Source: Opitutales bacterium (lineage in GTDB: Bacteria > Verrucomicrobiota > Verrucomicrobiia > Opitutales > PNEW01). Taken from it: a DNA stretch of 64,000 nt. Of this stretch, positions 22,738 through 33,536 are shown one piece after another. The stretch lies in contig CBDANS010000005.1 in the NCBI GenBank assembly GCA_965197745.1, positions 1 to 64,000 of the forward strand, read 5' to 3'. Position 1 is the first letter of the stretch, and each line of letters opens with the position of its first letter. The position numbers were made by a program, and so were the translations under genes. Below the pieces are notes generated by a model that made no database searches, was not told the DNA's origin, and saw only the letters and a program-made list of their open reading frames with translations.

Positions 22738-23889
22738 TCACTCTTCAAATACGTTTGGGAGAGCATTTAATGCTTTCTTCTTCGCATTCGTCCCAACATG
22801 GTTATAAATCGCAGACACCGCCGAACTTGCGTGGCCTATAACATCCCTGACCACACTTTCCGGTATGCCCGCATCTTTCATCAAAGTTGTAGCAGTATGT
22901 CGTAGGCTATGAAACGATAATTCGTTAGTCTTACGTCTTACAGATTTACCACGACTAAGCGGGTTTTTGCTTCGGGCTTTAGCTAAACCTGCACTCACAA
23001 GAATATCGTAGAATTGCTGAGATAACCCTACCACGTTCCCATGTCTTTCAGCTTTTTCGTATGCCCTTTTAAAAAGGGCCGAACTGGGTTTATCAGAAGC
23101 GGGAAGTCTCAGCAAATAATCCCTCAAGGGGTGCGCTATTGGTAAAACTATACGTCTTCCTGTCTTTGCAGTGGTGAGGGCTAATTCCTCACGCTGCAAG
23201 TCAATTGATGCCCATGTGAGGCGGGCTATATCTCCCAGTCGCTGACCTGTATACAAACCGGCAATGATGATGCCCCTCCATTCTTCATTTGCAGCGGTGA
23301 GTACTTTTTTTAATTCACTTATCGTAAAACCACGTCGTGTGGTCGATCGGACTGTCCTTTTTATAGTGGCCACACGTGCTGCCGGGTTATCCTGCATAAG
23401 CTCATCTTTCCAGGCTTGATGAAGGGCCGATCTTAATATTTTCAGGTGTTGATTGGCGGTAGCTGCGGTCAGGTCTTCTGCAACATTGTCTCGAAAATTA
23501 ACAATTTCGGTTTTTGAAAGATATGAAAGATCACGTGAAGATTTCTCGGGCCCTAAGAAGGTGAGAAACTTTTTAACCGTTCCTTGGTAGTGGAGATAGG
23601 TGCTACGTGCGTTCTCAATCTCCTTTCCTGACAACCAGGATTTAAAATAATCCTCAATACTGACCTTTAGCAAGTGTTCACCGTGAATATCCTTGTAAAT
23701 ATCAGAAAGGACACGCCTGGCCTGGCTTTCGGTCAATGTCCGCTTATAAGCTGATTCATACTGATCAGCAATTTTCTGCGCCTTCTTTCGATCCGTCTGT
23801 TTGGTGGATCTTTGACGTTGCCTGGACGTATGGTCAGTGTAACAGGCAATCCAGTATTTTGAGTTAGGAAGTTTCCGTACTGAGGCCAT
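22738..23889 (-). CDS. Tyrosine recombinase/integrase (second)
   Basis: GQRLGDI, FHSLRHT, IGH..Y; ATTACAAT twice upstream at 23892 and 23904. Confidence 0.92.
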   Translation of the reverse strand: MASVRKLPNSKYWIACYTDHTSRQRQRSTKQTDRKKAQKIADQYESAYKRTLTESQARRVLSDIYKDIHGEHLLKVSIEDYFKSWLSGKEIENARSTYLHYQGTVKKFLTFLGPEKSSRDLSYLSKTEIVNFRDNVAEDLTAATANQHLKILRSALHQAWKDELMQDNPAARVATIKRTVRSTTRRGFTISELKKVLTAANEEWRGIIIAGLYTGQRLGDIARLTWASIDLQREELALTTAKTGRRIVLPIAHPLRDYLLRLPASDKPSSALFKRAYEKAERHGNVVGLSQQFYDILVSAGLAKARSKNPLSRGKSVRRKTNELSFHSLRHTATTLMKDAGIPESVVRDVIGHASSAVSAIYNHVGTNAKKKALNALPNVFEE

Positions 23890-24488
23890 AGATTACAATC
23901 TAAATTACAATGACGTCGAGCGTCAAGGAAAACGTAGAGTTTATAAGTAGTTTAAAATCAACATAAGTTGCTTTAACATCAATAGGGTAATATAATTAAC
24001 TGTAACAATCGGTAACTTCTGGATGTTAGTCCTAAATACAATGAAGATTCAATTGCAAGTATCATTAACCAGTGCCCGAGTTCAAGAATTTGCATATATA
24101 ACTCTTAGTCTGAATTCTCAGTAGACAGCATTCTTATTTTATTTGTTTGTGACGGCTATCATCGCGGACCGCTCTGTAATCTTATGGTGCGCATCACGTT
24201 TAGCACCGACTTTGTTCGCCTGCCGTTCGATCGGGGTAAAGCCCGTTTACCTGTACAACGAGTCTCGGCCGAACAGACTACAAGACATGCTCTACGAAAT
24301 TCATCACCCACGACGAGGTAAACTAGCAAAAACCCAGCTTATCGGATCCCGTATCCCAATTGGGCTAAAAGCATAAGACCTCACCAAGATTAAGTTCTCA
24401 AGTGGCTCAGTTCCCGTGGTCTTGACCAGTGAAAGAACGTAGATAATATAAATTTGAACCTTTTAGTAATATATAGCTATTAATGCAA

Positions 24489-24763
24489 TTAATTTGGACT
24501 ACCTACTATTCCACCTATTAATTCACCAGTATATGCATCCAAAACAAGTTGTGCAGCAAAATCTGGCCCTTCTACTCCTTCAGGTATATTTATTCCAAAT
24601 GTTACAGTTTTTCTATCCCAAACACTCTTAACGTCTATCTTTATGTTTTCTTGGAGTTTCACACGGCCTTCAATTATCTTTTTAGCAAACCTTATTGCTT
24701 CTTCGTTCGAAATAAATTCCTTTTTATTCATGTCATTTTCTATTGGCGCCATTTTTTTAGATT
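24489..24763 (-). pseudogene. Hypothetical protein, probably 5'-truncated by IS3
   Basis: AT-rich ORF ending VLDAYTGELIG (PepSY-like), abuts the IS end. Confidence 0.4.
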
Positions 24764-26192
24764 TGGAGTGATCCCCAAAAATGGTGTCATTTACAGAGAG
24801 AGGTTATCGGGATAACCCGATAACCTCAATGAAAAGAAAACGATCCACAACAGAACAGATAATCGCAATACTGCGGCAAGCCGATACCGGTAAAACGGTA
24901 GAGGAAATCTGCCGAGGCAACAATCTAAGTGAACAGACCTTCTATCGCTGGGGTAAAAAGTATGGCAACTTGGAACTGGCCGATGCGAAGCGATGTAAAG
25001 AGCTGGAAAAAGAAAACACCGAGCTGAAGAAGCTGCTCGCTGATCAAATGCTCAAGAATCAGGTAATGGAGGAAACGTTGTCAAAAAAGTGGTGAGCCCA
25101 AAGCAGAAGAAGCGAGTAGTAAAAGATGCGGCTGAGAGAGGGCTGTGCTCGTTTTAGAGGGCTTGTGCCTATCTCAGCCTCAGTTGGTCAACGTACAGCC
25201 AACCGGCCCAAGCAGGCCGGTAGGAAAGCTCAGCGGTTGGCCGAGCGGATTGTAACCCTGTCCTGGGAACATCCCCGCTACGGTTACCGGCGCATCCGTG
25301 CCTTGCTGGTGAAGGAAGGCTGGACAACAAGCAGGAAGTTTATTCGGGCGGTACAACGTTCAGAAGGGCTGCAGGTAAAGCCACCGAAAAAGCGTAGACC
25401 CCGTCAAGGAGTCTCTACGGGGTCGCCTACTAAAGCAACCGGTCGCAATCACCTTTGGTCCTGGGACTTTATCCATGATCGCACAGACCATGGCGGTCCA
25501 TTAAAGATGATGACTCTGATCGATGTACCGAGGAGCTGAAAGCGACGACACTCAAGCGAAGCGAAGACATATACGCGTGAATGTCTGGATATCCGGGTAG
25601 CTCGTGAACTCACCTCATCGGATGTCCTCTCTGTGCTTAGCGAGGCCATTGAAGAGGAGGGAGCTCCCAGCTATATCCGTAGTGACAACGGCAGTGTTCC
25701 GAGGAGCGAAGTGACGACATGCGAAGCCATTCATCGCTCATCAGGTGCAGCAGTGGTTGTCCGACAAAAACATCAAGGCGATCTATATCGATCCGGGCAG
25801 TCCCTGGCTACCGAGCGAAGCGACACCTCAACGAGCCAAAGTGAGAATAACAAATGGTTTCATCGAGTCGTTTCACAACCGCTTACGCGATGTACCGAGG
25901 AACGTAGTGACGACATAGCGAAGCGCTCATGTTTGAACCGTGAAGTGTTGCTCAGCGTAGCTGAAGCCCAAGTGGTAATCGAACAATGGCGTCATAATTA
26001 CAATAATGAACATCCTCATAGTCATTTAGGCTTTAAAAGTCCACTGGAGTTTGTCAGTATCCTTTCAGATCTTGGCCGTGTTCGAGCTACGCCCTCACTT
26101 CGCCATGATCTCTCCTATACATCAATCCTAAAACCATTGATACTCGGTAACTCTCACACTTAAAAATTGGTACGAATAACGGGGTCCGATCA
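24764..26192 (+). mobile_element. IS3-family element copy 1 (orfA 24829-25095; orfB disrupted by four micro-insertions)
   Basis: TG...CA ends shared with copy 2, AAAAAAG frameshift site, WSWDF, IRSDNGS, CLNRE. Confidence 0.92.
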
Positions 26193-26194
26193 GG

Positions 26195-26479
26195 TTGGTT
26201 AACTTCGATCAAGATTTTATGCCGTCCGAACTCGAACAGCAGATCAACGGAGAACGTTCTGTGTATCTCTTCCGCTCTTATACGCAGACAAACAGCGACG
26301 TATACCTTGAGAATATCCAACTTGACCGTGTGGGTATCACCGAAGACATCATTGGACTTTGGATGCGCGGCTTGTTCCATGACGAATTCAGACTTGTCCG
26401 TGACACAACGTGGAGTGACGATCTCCGAAAATTGCTTGACTGCGTCGTCAAACTGCCTACATTTTCATCTTCAACATAG
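26195..26479 (+). pseudogene. Hypothetical gene fragment truncated by IS3
   Basis: Protein-like frame begins at the IS boundary. Confidence 0.35.
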
Positions 26480-26849
26480 CTGGGGAGACAGACGATATTC
26501 ATCTCTGCGATTACTGCGGTCATTACAGCTATCGCGGCGTTTCATTTGCAGGAAAAAAACTCAAGTGGGAGCTAAGAACTGAATTCATGGCGGAACAGGC
26601 CCTGTTGCAACATAAGAAATGATAGAAACGCAGTTTTCAAAAGATAAGCAAACGCCTCGGCGGCTTCAAAGAAGATGAACTCCGAAAGATTTTGGTGCGC
26701 GCCGGAGCTGCAAGATTTGAACACGAGGACAGTCTGGAGCTGTGGGGACTGGTTATCAGAAACAAGCTTGATCTTTGATTGAGCTACCACCGAATGAAGC
26801 TCTCGTACCTTGGCAGTTCTCTCCGCCCATTCCACAATGGCCTCCGCGC

Positions 26850-29800
26850 ATGACCCTACAAGATGCTATTTCCAGCTTCGGCCGTGAAGCTAAATCTAAG
26901 CTTGCAAACCCCAGCGCGACCGGCTCACCGGAGGACCAACTCCGCGCACCGCTGGAATCCCTCTTTGCAGACCTTGCCGCACTCTCTGGCCTCTCTGCGA
27001 GCGACGTTGTGGCCGTCGGCGAAACGTCCCTTGCCGATCTCAAGACCCGCCCGGATTACGCCATTACCCTGAAAGAAGCCCTCGTAGGGTTTGTCGAAGT
27101 CAAGGCACCCGGGAAAGAAGCCGACCCGCGTCGGTTCCAAGACTCACACGACAAGGATCAATGGGAAAAGCTTCAGACACTGCCCAACTTGATCTATACG
27201 GATGGAAATGAATTCAGTCTTTGGCGTGACGGCAAACTTTCCGGTCAGATCGTTCGTTTGAACGGCGACATTGCAACGTCGGGCAGCAAACTGGCGTCTC
27301 CAGATAGCCTCGTGTCACTCTTCGCCGATTTTTTCCAGTGGCATCCACAGGCACCCCGTTCCGTCGCACAACTCGCTGTGGTTACCGCTCGCCTCTGTCG
27401 TCTACTTCGTGAAGAGGTTGCGGAACAATTGGCGAGAGGGTCCGCGCCACTTACCAATCTTGCAACGGATTGGCGGAAGCTCCTTTTTCCCAGTGCAACT
27501 GACGAAGCATTCGCGGATGGCTACGCTCAAGCGGTCACCTTTGGTCTGCTGATGGCTCGAGCACGCAATATTTCCCTTATGGACGGCCTCAGTCGAGTGG
27601 CTCTGGAACTTCGCCAGACCAATACGCTCATCGGTTCTGCCCTTCGGCTCCTCACTGACGCCGCCGACCATGAGAAAACTCTAAAGACATCTCTCGCCAC
27701 GCTCGTGCGCGTGCTTGACGTCGTTGACTGGTCTGCGGTTAGCAAAGACAATCCGGAGGCTTGGCTGTATTTTTACGAGCACTTTCTGAGCGTCTACGAC
27801 AATGAATTGCGCAAGAAGACGGGTTCGTACTACACGCCTCCGGAAGTGGTCCGCGCCATGGTGAGGCTGGTCGACGACGCACTGCAGTCGGATCGAAGGT
27901 TCGGTATCTGGGAGGGTATCGCCTCCCCCGACGTAACCGTGGCGGACCCCGCCGCTGGAACAGGCACGTATCTGCTTGGCGTCCTTCACCGCATTGCGGA
28001 AACGACCGAAGCTGATCAGGGACCTGGGGCTGTACCTGCGGTTATAGAAGCTGCCGTATCCCGTCTCATAGGGTTTGAACTCCAATTCGGCCCCTTCGCC
28101 GTAGCACAGTTACGCATCCATGCGGAATTGCTCTCGCTCATCGACAACCGCAACGCGACACCCGCGATCCGGCTTTTTGTGACCGACACGCTTGGAAACG
28201 CGTACGCCGAAGAGGAGTATCTCCCGCAGATACTCTTGCCTATAGGCGAGTCTCGCAGACGCGCGAACGAGATCAAACGTCAAGAAAAAATTACTGTCGT
28301 CATCGGCAACCCTCCATACAAGGAAAAAACGAAAGGGCTCGGCGGCTGGATTGAGAGCGGCACAAGGGGTAGCGAGGCCACCGCACCGTTGCACGAGTGG
28401 ATGCCCCCAACGAGCTGGAAGCTTGGCGTGCACACCAAGCATCTTCGTAACCTATATATCTACTTCTGGCGCTGGGCCACCTGGAAGGTCTTCGGTGATG
28501 CCGAACCGTCAAGAATTGAGGGACGAAACCCTGACCGTAAGGGCATCGTCTGCTTTATCTCCGTTGCGGGTTTTTTGAACGGACCAGGCTTTCAAAAAAT
28601 GCGCGCAGATCTCCGCCGCGACGCAGATGAGATTTGGGTGATCGATTGTTCGCCGGAGGGGCACCAGCCAAAGGTATCCACAAGAATTTTCCAGGGTGTA
28701 CAACAAACCATCTGCATCGTCATGGCACTTAGGAAAACAAACCAAGGTTCCCCTGACCCGGCCCGAGTCTGTTACCGCGTGTTGCCGGCAGGTAACCGGA
28801 ATGGCAAGTTTAAAGCGCTAGCTGCGATCTCGCTCGACGACGACCAGTGGAACGACTGCCCCTCTGATCCCCGTGCTCCTTTCTTGCCCAAAGCCACTGG
28901 ACAATGGGCCGTATACGCCCCTCTTGCCGACCTGTTCAACTACGACGGCTCCGGTGTCATGCCAGGGCGAACTTGGATTATTGCGCCGGATCGGTCTTCG
29001 CTAGAGCAGCGATGGGAGCTGCTCCGATCCGAAGCCGATCCGGAGACGAAACAATCCCTTTTTCATCCCCATCTCATAGACGGCAAGCCGGGAGACAAGC
29101 ACGTTAACAAGCCCCTTCTACAAGGTCTATTCGGTCATGAGTATCGCTCCGTGTCTGTTGCATCCGACACCGCGGCAGTTATCTGCCCCATTCGCTACGC
29201 TTACCGCTCCTTCGATCGACAATGGATCATTCCGGACGGGCGAGTTATCAATCGGCCCAATCCAACTCTTTGGGAAAACCACTCGGCCCAACAGGTATAC
29301 ATGACCGCACTGCAGCAAAGTCCGATAACCGCCGGTCCGGGCGTCACATTCTCTGCAGCGATCCCAGACTTATGCCACTATAAGGGATCATTTGGAGGTC
29401 GTGTATTTCCTCTTTGGGCAGATAGAACAGCACAACAGCCGAACATCAAGACCGCATTACTTCAAGAGCTGGCTCAATCTCTAGACATCAAGATCAAAGC
29501 CCCGGACCTTATGGCCTACTTCGCAGCCATCGCCGCACATCCCTCATACACGACTTGCTTCCGGTCGGATCTCCTTCGGCCCGGTATACGCTTCCCAATG
29601 ACAGCTGACGCTTCACTGTTCCGGGAAGCGATAAGCATTGGGCGCGAAGTCATTTGGCTCCACTGTTTCGGAGAACGCTTCTCCGATTCCAGCGAGGGAC
29701 GGCCTAAGAAAGCTCCCCGCCTGTTATCAGAGGACGAACGCCCTGTTGTACCGAAGGCCGGCCGCATTCCAACCGAACCGGCCCGATTTGCGAACAGTAT

Positions 29801-30224
29801 CAACTATGATGCCGCCACCCGTGAACTGCACATAGGACAAGGGTTCGTCAAGAACGTCCCGAACGAAGTATGGGAGTATCAGGTATCCGGCAAACAAGTG
29901 CTCATCCAATGGTTCAGCTATCGGCGCTTTGACCGTTCCAGACCCATCATGGGTGATCGTAGAACACCGTCTCGCCTTAACAACATCAAGCCCGACGCAT
30001 GGCTCGCAGAGTACACGACGGAACTCTTGAACCTGCTCAACGTCCTCGGTCGCTTGGTCAAACTCGAACCACGTCAAGCAAATCTCCTGGACCGAATTTG
30101 TGATAGCCCTGTGTTGCACGTCGATGATCTGCACGCGAATGGAGCATTCGTCGGCACCACCAGAAGACGTCCACGCCGTGCCGATGAGCGCCAGCAAGAC
30201 TTCGTCAATGATGCTCTAGATTAG
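26850..30224 (+). CDS. Single-polypeptide restriction-modification enzyme (type IIG/ISP-like, no helicase domain)
   Basis: RPDYA...FVEVK nuclease, GSYYTP, DPAAGTG, GNPPY, YAYRSFDRQW C-terminal domain. Confidence 0.88.
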   Translation: MTLQDAISSFGREAKSKLANPSATGSPEDQLRAPLESLFADLAALSGLSASDVVAVGETSLADLKTRPDYAITLKEALVGFVEVKAPGKEADPRRFQDSHDKDQWEKLQTLPNLIYTDGNEFSLWRDGKLSGQIVRLNGDIATSGSKLASPDSLVSLFADFFQWHPQAPRSVAQLAVVTARLCRLLREEVAEQLARGSAPLTNLATDWRKLLFPSATDEAFADGYAQAVTFGLLMARARNISLMDGLSRVALELRQTNTLIGSALRLLTDAADHEKTLKTSLATLVRVLDVVDWSAVSKDNPEAWLYFYEHFLSVYDNELRKKTGSYYTPPEVVRAMVRLVDDALQSDRRFGIWEGIASPDVTVADPAAGTGTYLLGVLHRIAETTEADQGPGAVPAVIEAAVSRLIGFELQFGPFAVAQLRIHAELLSLIDNRNATPAIRLFVTDTLGNAYAEEEYLPQILLPIGESRRRANEIKRQEKITVVIGNPPYKEKTKGLGGWIESGTRGSEATAPLHEWMPPTSWKLGVHTKHLRNLYIYFWRWATWKVFGDAEPSRIEGRNPDRKGIVCFISVAGFLNGPGFQKMRADLRRDADEIWVIDCSPEGHQPKVSTRIFQGVQQTICIVMALRKTNQGSPDPARVCYRVLPAGNRNGKFKALAAISLDDDQWNDCPSDPRAPFLPKATGQWAVYAPLADLFNYDGSGVMPGRTWIIAPDRSSLEQRWELLRSEADPETKQSLFHPHLIDGKPGDKHVNKPLLQGLFGHEYRSVSVASDTAAVICPIRYAYRSFDRQWIIPDGRVINRPNPTLWENHSAQQVYMTALQQSPITAGPGVTFSAAIPDLCHYKGSFGGRVFPLWADRTAQQPNIKTALLQELAQSLDIKIKAPDLMAYFAAIAAHPSYTTCFRSDLLRPGIRFPMTADASLFREAISIGREVIWLHCFGERFSDSSEGRPKKAPRLLSEDERPVVPKAGRIPTEPARFANSINYDAATRELHIGQGFVKNVPNEVWEYQVSGKQVLIQWFSYRRFDRSRPIMGDRRTPSRLNNIKPDAWLAEYTTELLNLLNVLGRLVKLEPRQANLLDRICDSPVLHVDDLHANGAFVGTTRRRPRRADERQQDFVNDALD

Positions 30225-30254
30225 GTTGTTTCTCACCAAGATCTGCCCTCTACT

Positions 30255-30293
30255 TGTCAATCAGCATTGAATATTGACCCATTATCGGCGTTG
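30255..30293 (+). mobile_element. Probable IS21-family terminal remnant
   Basis: TGTCAATCAGCATTGAATATTGACCCATTATCGGCGTTG resembles IS21 ends; interrupted by the next IS. Confidence 0.45.
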
Positions 30294-31457
30294 ACCTGCT
30301 CCCGTTTACTGTACCAGGGCCAGTGTTAGATCCGGCAGGGCGGTAAGATCTTTGAGTATTATAATCAAGCCGTCAAGCCTCAAGTTTTTCTCTCACTTCA
30401 GACAGCGTATAAAATACCTCCGTGTTAAGAAGTTCATCGCGTAAGCGTCTATTAAAGCTTTCGATATAGCCATTTTCTACGGGTTTGCCTGGCCGGATCA
30501 AATCCATCTCGATGCCATGGCCATAAGCCCATTCATCCATTACTTTGCCTGCAAACTCGGGGCCATTATCGACGGTAATGGTTTGATGAAGTCCGATTCC
30601 TTCAGAGATTTTCGCAAGTGCTGCAGCGATTTTGCTCCCACCGACGGAGGTATCGGCCAGAAGCAGTGGGCAAGCTCGGGTATACTGATCGACCACGGTG
30701 AGAATACGGAAGGAGCGTCCGTTGGCCAGTCGATCGCTCATAAATTCCATCGACCAGCGCTCCTGGGCAGCTGAAGTCGCGGGTAGTGAGACCCCCCTTT
30801 GCGCGGCACGCTTCTTACGTTTCTTGGTGCGCACTTTCAGCCCTTCGGCCTTGTAGAGACGATAAACACGTTTCTTTCCTACCGACCAGCCTTCCCGCTT
30901 TAACAACATCGTGATTCGCCTATACTCGTAGCGTACCCGCGCGGCGGCGAGGTCACGGATGCGCATGATCAGCGTGCGTGCGTCCTTCTTCACAGGCTCG
31001 TAATTATAACTCGACCAAGACAACTGCATCAGCCTGCACACCAGGCGTTTGCTCACCTCATAGGCTTCCACTCAGCAATCACCTTCTTGCGCACAGGCTT
31101 TACAACTTTTTTGCGATTACTTCCTACAGCATGTGCTTGTCCAGACTCAGATCAGCTACCCATTTCTTCAAACTAGTGTTCTCTTCGCCAAGTTGTTTCA
31201 GCCGTATTAATTGACTGATTCCTAGGCCCGCGTCTTTACCCTTCCAATGGTGAAAGGTTTGTTCGCTCACCCTTAACTCTCGGCACCCATCGACGATTCT
31301 TCGACCGCCTTCAACCTGCCTTAGGGCATCGTTGATCGGTCCTTTATGATAGCGTTGTCCTTTGCTTTTCATTGGTTGTTCTTCCTCCAATTTTTATCAG
31401 AGTTTCCACCCATGTATGACTAATTCTTTACGGGTTCAGTTCTTCGGGTAAAGGTAA
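30292..31457 (-). mobile_element. IS3-family element, distinct lineage, degraded (orfA 31124-31372, orfB ending at premature stop 30373)
   Basis: WSMEFMSD, TVDNGPEF, NGYIESFN; ends approximate. Confidence 0.85.
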
Positions 31458-31485
31458 AATACTATTGATATGAATACTACTACAT

Positions 31486-32164
31486 CTAAGAATTTATTTC
31501 TATCAACAGTTCGGGGCCTTCATTTTTTGGACTGTTCACAAGAGTCGAGACAGGGTAGCAAATCAATGGCTCACTCGGGTAAGGTCTATACAGTGACTTC
31601 AGCTTTTCCGGATGATTCTCTCCAGGACCGAGCCAGGAGTCATAGTTATCTTCGTCAATAATCACCGGCATACGGTGATGAATCGGGGTCATGATTTCAT
31701 TAGCCGAGGTGGTAAGAATACTGCACGACACAATACTCGATCCTACTGGGTTTTTCCAGGATTCCCATAACCCCGCCATGACCAAGAGTTCACCCGAAGC
31801 CATCGCAATATAATAAGGCTGTTTATGCCGGCTCTTTTCCACTCGCCGCCACTCGTAGAAACCGCTCGGCGGGATTTTATCGCTGCACGGTAGGCAGGTT
31901 TTCCGCCACCGTTTCGGAACGGGCATTTATCATTTTGTAACCGATCTTTGGATCTTTAGCCCAAAAGGGCACAAGCCCCCAGTTGAACGCCGCTAATTCC
32001 CGCTCACCGTGCTCCGGTGATTGCCTCACCGCCAGCATCTTTTGGCTCGGGGCAATGTTGTAGCGAAGCTTCAGCTCTTTCATCAGTTCTTCTGCTATCT
32101 GCTTGAGAAGAAATCTTTGCCCCAACTCTTCCTGCTTCGCAGTCAAGGTGTAGCTTCCGCACAT
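31486..32164 (-). pseudogene. SOS response-associated peptidase (SRAP/YedK), frameshifted
   Basis: MCG.Y, RYNIAPSQ, WGLVPFW, INARSET / GFYEW, IHHRMPV split across two frames. Confidence 0.85.
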
Positions 32165-32233
32165 GGTGGGGACTGTGTCTTGCCAGCAAGGTGAAGTCCA
32201 GACTCAACTCGAATTCGCTACACCGCCATTCCC

Positions 32234-32395
32234 TCATTCATGGAAAATCATCGGATCTTCTATTTCGATAACCAGCCACCAGGTAATTTTTGGGGCATCA
32301 AAAACGATGTTGAAGTAGCGTTGATCCCTCGTTTGCACGACAAAGTACACATACTGACTATTGCCCACTTTGTCGGTATAACTTCTGCGGATCGC
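32234..32395 (-). pseudogene. C-terminal half of a small Y-polymerase-associated protein
   Basis: Own translation YTDKVGNSQYVYFVVQTRDQRYFNIVFDAPKITWWLVIEIEDPMIFHE*. Confidence 0.5.
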
Positions 32396-33264
32396 CGGGA
32401 AATCGTCGACTTCAGCCTACGGGTAAAGAATGAAATTTACCGCATAACAAAACTGACCGCCTCGGTGGGGATCGCTTATTCAAAGACTTACGCCAAGCTC
32501 GCCTCGATCTTCGGAAACCAAACGGGCTGATGGTGGTGGTGAACACCGAAGAGGCAGCCCGTTTTCTCTACCCGATTTCCTTGAATGAAGTCTGGGGGAT
32601 CGGTCGCAGGCGTTTTGAAAAACTTAAGCATGAAGGGGTGGAAACCATCTACGACGCTTTAAAACGGGGACCGGGAGTTTTCCAAAAGCTCTTTGGGGCT
32701 TACTTTGGGCAGATGCTTTTTGAAACGGTCTGTGGTAAGGATTGCGCAAAGGTGACGGATAGAACCGATCACGTTCCCCAGGAGATTACCTACATGCACA
32801 CCTTCTCTGGCTGGACGATCGAGAACTCAAGATTAAGAGGAGAAATCGCTAAGGCTGTAGCGCAATTATGTTACCGGATGCGGGGCTATAACCGGAAGGC
32901 ACAGAAGTATGGAGGCTATATTCGCTTTCAGGACAACACCTGGGAGGGGATCCCTTTCACCTTTGTGACCGAAGGGCTGACCAACCTTGATGCTTATGTA
33001 TTGAAAGCGTGCTTGGAAATCGCTGAGCCGCTGCTTTTACGGTTTCTACAGGAAGGGCAAAAAATACGTGGGATCGGGCTGCACACCGTTGAAATGGATG
33101 CCAACAACCATCTCGAACTCTTTTTTCGCGAAGATGAGAAGTTGGCGCGACTGCATTTCGCGATGGACAAAATCAACAACCGTTTTGGCTTCGACACTAT
33201 CAGTCAGGCCTCCACGAAATATGCGGTTGAGGGTAAAACCCATTTCCTGGAGCGCAATGGTTAA
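32395..33264 (+). pseudogene. dinB: Y-family DNA polymerase (DinB-like), 5'-truncated and frameshifted
   Basis: TASVGIAYSKTYAKLAS, VWGIG, MDKINNRFG; catalytic N-terminus absent. Confidence 0.8.
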
Positions 33265-33536
33265 GGTAATGATCAATGAGCTAACCGAAGATATGCTAGG
33301 GCAGTTTTTTGTTGTGTCTGATTGATACTGTCAGCTGTGAGTATTACCCTTTTTCTTCGGCTTGCTGCTTCCTGTACGCTGGTTGTAAGAAACGGATCCT
33401 CCCTGTAAAGTACTAACACACAATAGGAGAGGGAGTTTAAGTATTTTTTGGCATTTAATCGCCATGAATAATTCCAATTATAGATCTCGCTTATAATTTG
33501 ATGATGGTTAGGTTGGAGAACCAACCACCCAGGTGA

